50,084 nucleotides of DNA. It comes from Desulfuromonas sp. (GTDB lineage: Bacteria > Desulfobacterota > Desulfuromonadia > Desulfuromonadales > BM103). The translations under genes and the position numbers were made by a program. The DNA is taken from assembly GCA_002869725.1 (NCBI GenBank), contig PKTY01000137.1, positions 1-50,084 on the forward strand. The letters run 5' to 3'. Under the pieces are notes generated by a model. The model searched no databases. It saw nothing but the letters and a program-made list of their open reading frames with translations, and was not told the origin of the DNA. The number at the start of each line of letters is the position of its first letter. Positions within the stretch are counted from its first letter, which is position 1. Shown here piece by piece: positions 48,575 to 50,084 of the stretch.

Positions 48575-50084
48575 ATGAATCACCGAATCATTCAAGACCT
48601 CTTTGAGCGGTCTGTTGCGACCGGCGGCGGCCGGCCGGCCGTCATCGAAGCGGACCTTTGTCTCAGCTATACCGAGCTTAATAGGCGGGCGAACCGCCTG
48701 GCCTGGGTTGTCAAGGATGCCGGGGTCAGCCCGAACGGCATTGTGGCTGTCGCCCAGGGGGCGGGTGCGGGACTAATCGTCTCGGAACTCGCCTCTCTCA
48801 AGGCAGGCTGCGCTTTCATGCCGATCTCGCTGCAGACACCTCAGGCACGCCTGGCCATTGTGCTACAAAGAGCCCGGCCTCAGGCCCTGGTCGCCCCCCT
48901 GGAGGACGCCGACCTGATTGCCGGTCTGCTCGCTGCGAGCGACAATCCACAACTGACCACGGTTTTGGTCGACCGAAGCGGAGCCTTCTTCACGTTGGGA
49001 GGGGACGGTGTTCTGCAACAGGTCCTCCCGGCCAGGGAGGACAACCCGCCGTCTTTGGCCGAGCCCGACTCCGGAGCCTATGTGGTCTTTACCTCCGGCT
49101 CGACCGGAGAGCCGAAGATTATCCTCGGCCTACAGAAAAGCCTGAGCCATTTCCTTCATTGGGAGAAAGGCGAATTCGATCTCGGGCCGGAGCTGCGGAC
49201 CCTTTCTTTGGCTCCGCCGACCTTTGACGTCAGCCTACGCGATATCTACCTGCCACTGCTCTGTGGTGGAGCGGTTTGCATCCCCGATCCTGCGACACGA
49301 CAGAACATTCCGGCACTGGTTCGCTTTGTCGGCCAACAGCAGGTCAACCTGATTCACTGTGTCCCCTCGCTGTTCCGGGAGATCACCAGCCACCTTCAGC
49401 AGCATGACCCGGAAGCTTTTCAGGGGGTCGATTACCTGCTACTGGCCGGAGAGCCCCTGTACGGTGCCGATGTGCTGCGCTTTCGACAGGCCACCACCGG
49501 CAAAACCCGTCTGGTCAATCTCTACGGTCCTTCCGAAACAACTCTGGCTAAAATGTTTTTCCGCATCGATGGAGAGAGTTTGGCACCGGGTCAAATCGTA
49601 CCGGTGGGGAGCCCAATCAGCAACACAGCGGTACTGATTCTTAAGGGAAATCGCCTCTGCAAGGCTGGTGAACCGGGAGAAATTCATATCAAGACCCCTT
49701 TTCGCTCCCGGGGCTACATCGGCAACGACCAGCTCAACGCCCAGGTTTTTATACAGAACCCGCTGAGTGACACACCGGACATCCTCTACAAAACCGGCGA
49801 CATGGGACGATATCGTCCCGATCACAAGGTCGACTTCATCGGCAGGATCGATCGTCAAGTCAAACTGCGTGGCAACCGGGTTGAGCTGCCGGAAGTAGAG
49901 CAGGCGGTGGCAGCTCTCGACAAGATTCACCAGGTCTTCGTCCGCGCCAACCTCAAAGATGGCTTGGTGGACGGCCTGACCTGCTACTACACTGCGCAAG
50001 AAAAAATCTCTCGTGAAGAACTTGTCGTCGGGCTAAGGAAGAGCCTTCCCGACTACATGATCCCGACTTTTTTTGTCCAACTCG
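48575..50084 (+). CDS. nonribosomal peptide synthetase, N-terminal adenylation domain (3'-truncated by the window edge; absent from the supplied ORF track)
   Basis: My translation of frame 2 from ATG 48575 runs to the window end with no stop. A-domain core motifs appear in order: LSYTELNRRANRLA (A1), YVVFTSGSTGEPK (A3), FDVS (A4), NLYGPSETT (A5), GEPGEIHIKTPFRSRGY (A6), YKTGD (A7), GRIDRQVKLRGNRVELPEVE (A8) and LPDYMIP (A9). Confidence 0.9.
   Translation, partial: MNHRIIQDLFERSVATGGGRPAVIEADLCLSYTELNRRANRLAWVVKDAGVSPNGIVAVAQGAGAGLIVSELASLKAGCAFMPISLQTPQARLAIVLQRARPQALVAPLEDADLIAGLLAASDNPQLTTVLVDRSGAFFTLGGDGVLQQVLPAREDNPPSLAEPDSGAYVVFTSGSTGEPKIILGLQKSLSHFLHWEKGEFDLGPELRTLSLAPPTFDVSLRDIYLPLLCGGAVCIPDPATRQNIPALVRFVGQQQVNLIHCVPSLFREITSHLQQHDPEAFQGVDYLLLAGEPLYGADVLRFRQATTGKTRLVNLYGPSETTLAKMFFRIDGESLAPGQIVPVGSPISNTAVLILKGNRLCKAGEPGEIHIKTPFRSRGYIGNDQLNAQVFIQNPLSDTPDILYKTGDMGRYRPDHKVDFIGRIDRQVKLRGNRVELPEVEQAVAALDKIHQVFVRANLKDGLVDGLTCYYTAQEKISREELVVGLRKSLPDYMIPTFFVQL

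Noticed and set aside
49359-49999. Track ORFs 49359..49637 (plus strand) and 49439..49999 (minus strand)
   Set aside because: Both lie inside the open frame-2 reading that encodes consecutive NRPS A-domain core motifs, so they are out-of-frame or antisense artefacts.
1-50084. Scan for rRNA, tRNA, CRISPR arrays, IS/transposase, integrase, phage or toxin-antitoxin genes
   Set aside because: I recognised none. There are no direct-repeat/spacer arrays, no tRNA-like cloverleaf segments in the spacers, and no transposase or integrase motifs in any translated frame of the track.

Overview
Dense, fairly GC-rich bacterial chromosomal segment. All product calls come from reading the supplied translations and recognising motifs by eye. 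No searches were run.

Layout:
- 1-30.8 kb is almost entirely plus-strand housekeeping. It holds larC (5'-truncated), pgpA, cinA, thpR, recA, pilT, recX and alaS, then a receiver-first histidine kinase and hslVU.
- An arginine operon follows, interrupted by non-arg genes: argB-argD-[orphan DNA methyltransferase]-argF-[zinc-ribbon RDD protein]-argG-[Nudix + nitrilase-superfamily-like protein]-argH-[lipoprotein].
- Next come dapA-dapB-dapL, an MMPL/RND-type exporter coupled to a CheY-like receiver, an ABC-F ATPase and a rhomboid protease.
- 30.8-43.5 kb holds a three-gene minus-strand set (Cys-cluster protein, HIT protein, membrane protein), then mtnA-glnE on the plus strand. A minus-strand block follows: degP, a small acidic protein, rluD, pgeF, a REC-SARP regulator, ttcA and a PilZ protein.
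- The last ~6.5 kb (43.6-50.1 kb) looks different, with long A/T-rich spacers and accessory-type genes. These are a STAS protein, two paralogous DUF697-like membrane proteins, a type II thioesterase, an orphan ParA-type ATPase overlapping one DUF697 paralog, and a DUF481-like outer-membrane protein.
- That locus ends in an NRPS adenylation-domain gene that starts at 48575 and runs off the window. It is missing from the supplied ORF track.

The recA-pilT-recX-alaS synteny, the DapL route and GTAGGGGCGCA-type palindromic elements suggest a Geobacter/Desulfuromonas-like deltaproteobacterium. This is inference only. I saw no rRNA, tRNA, CRISPR array, transposase or integrase.

The most interesting candidates are the ParA::DUF697 pair and its NRPS-edge locus, the Nudix + divergent C-N hydrolase-like pair wedged between argG and argH, and the methyltransferase translationally coupled inside the arg operon.
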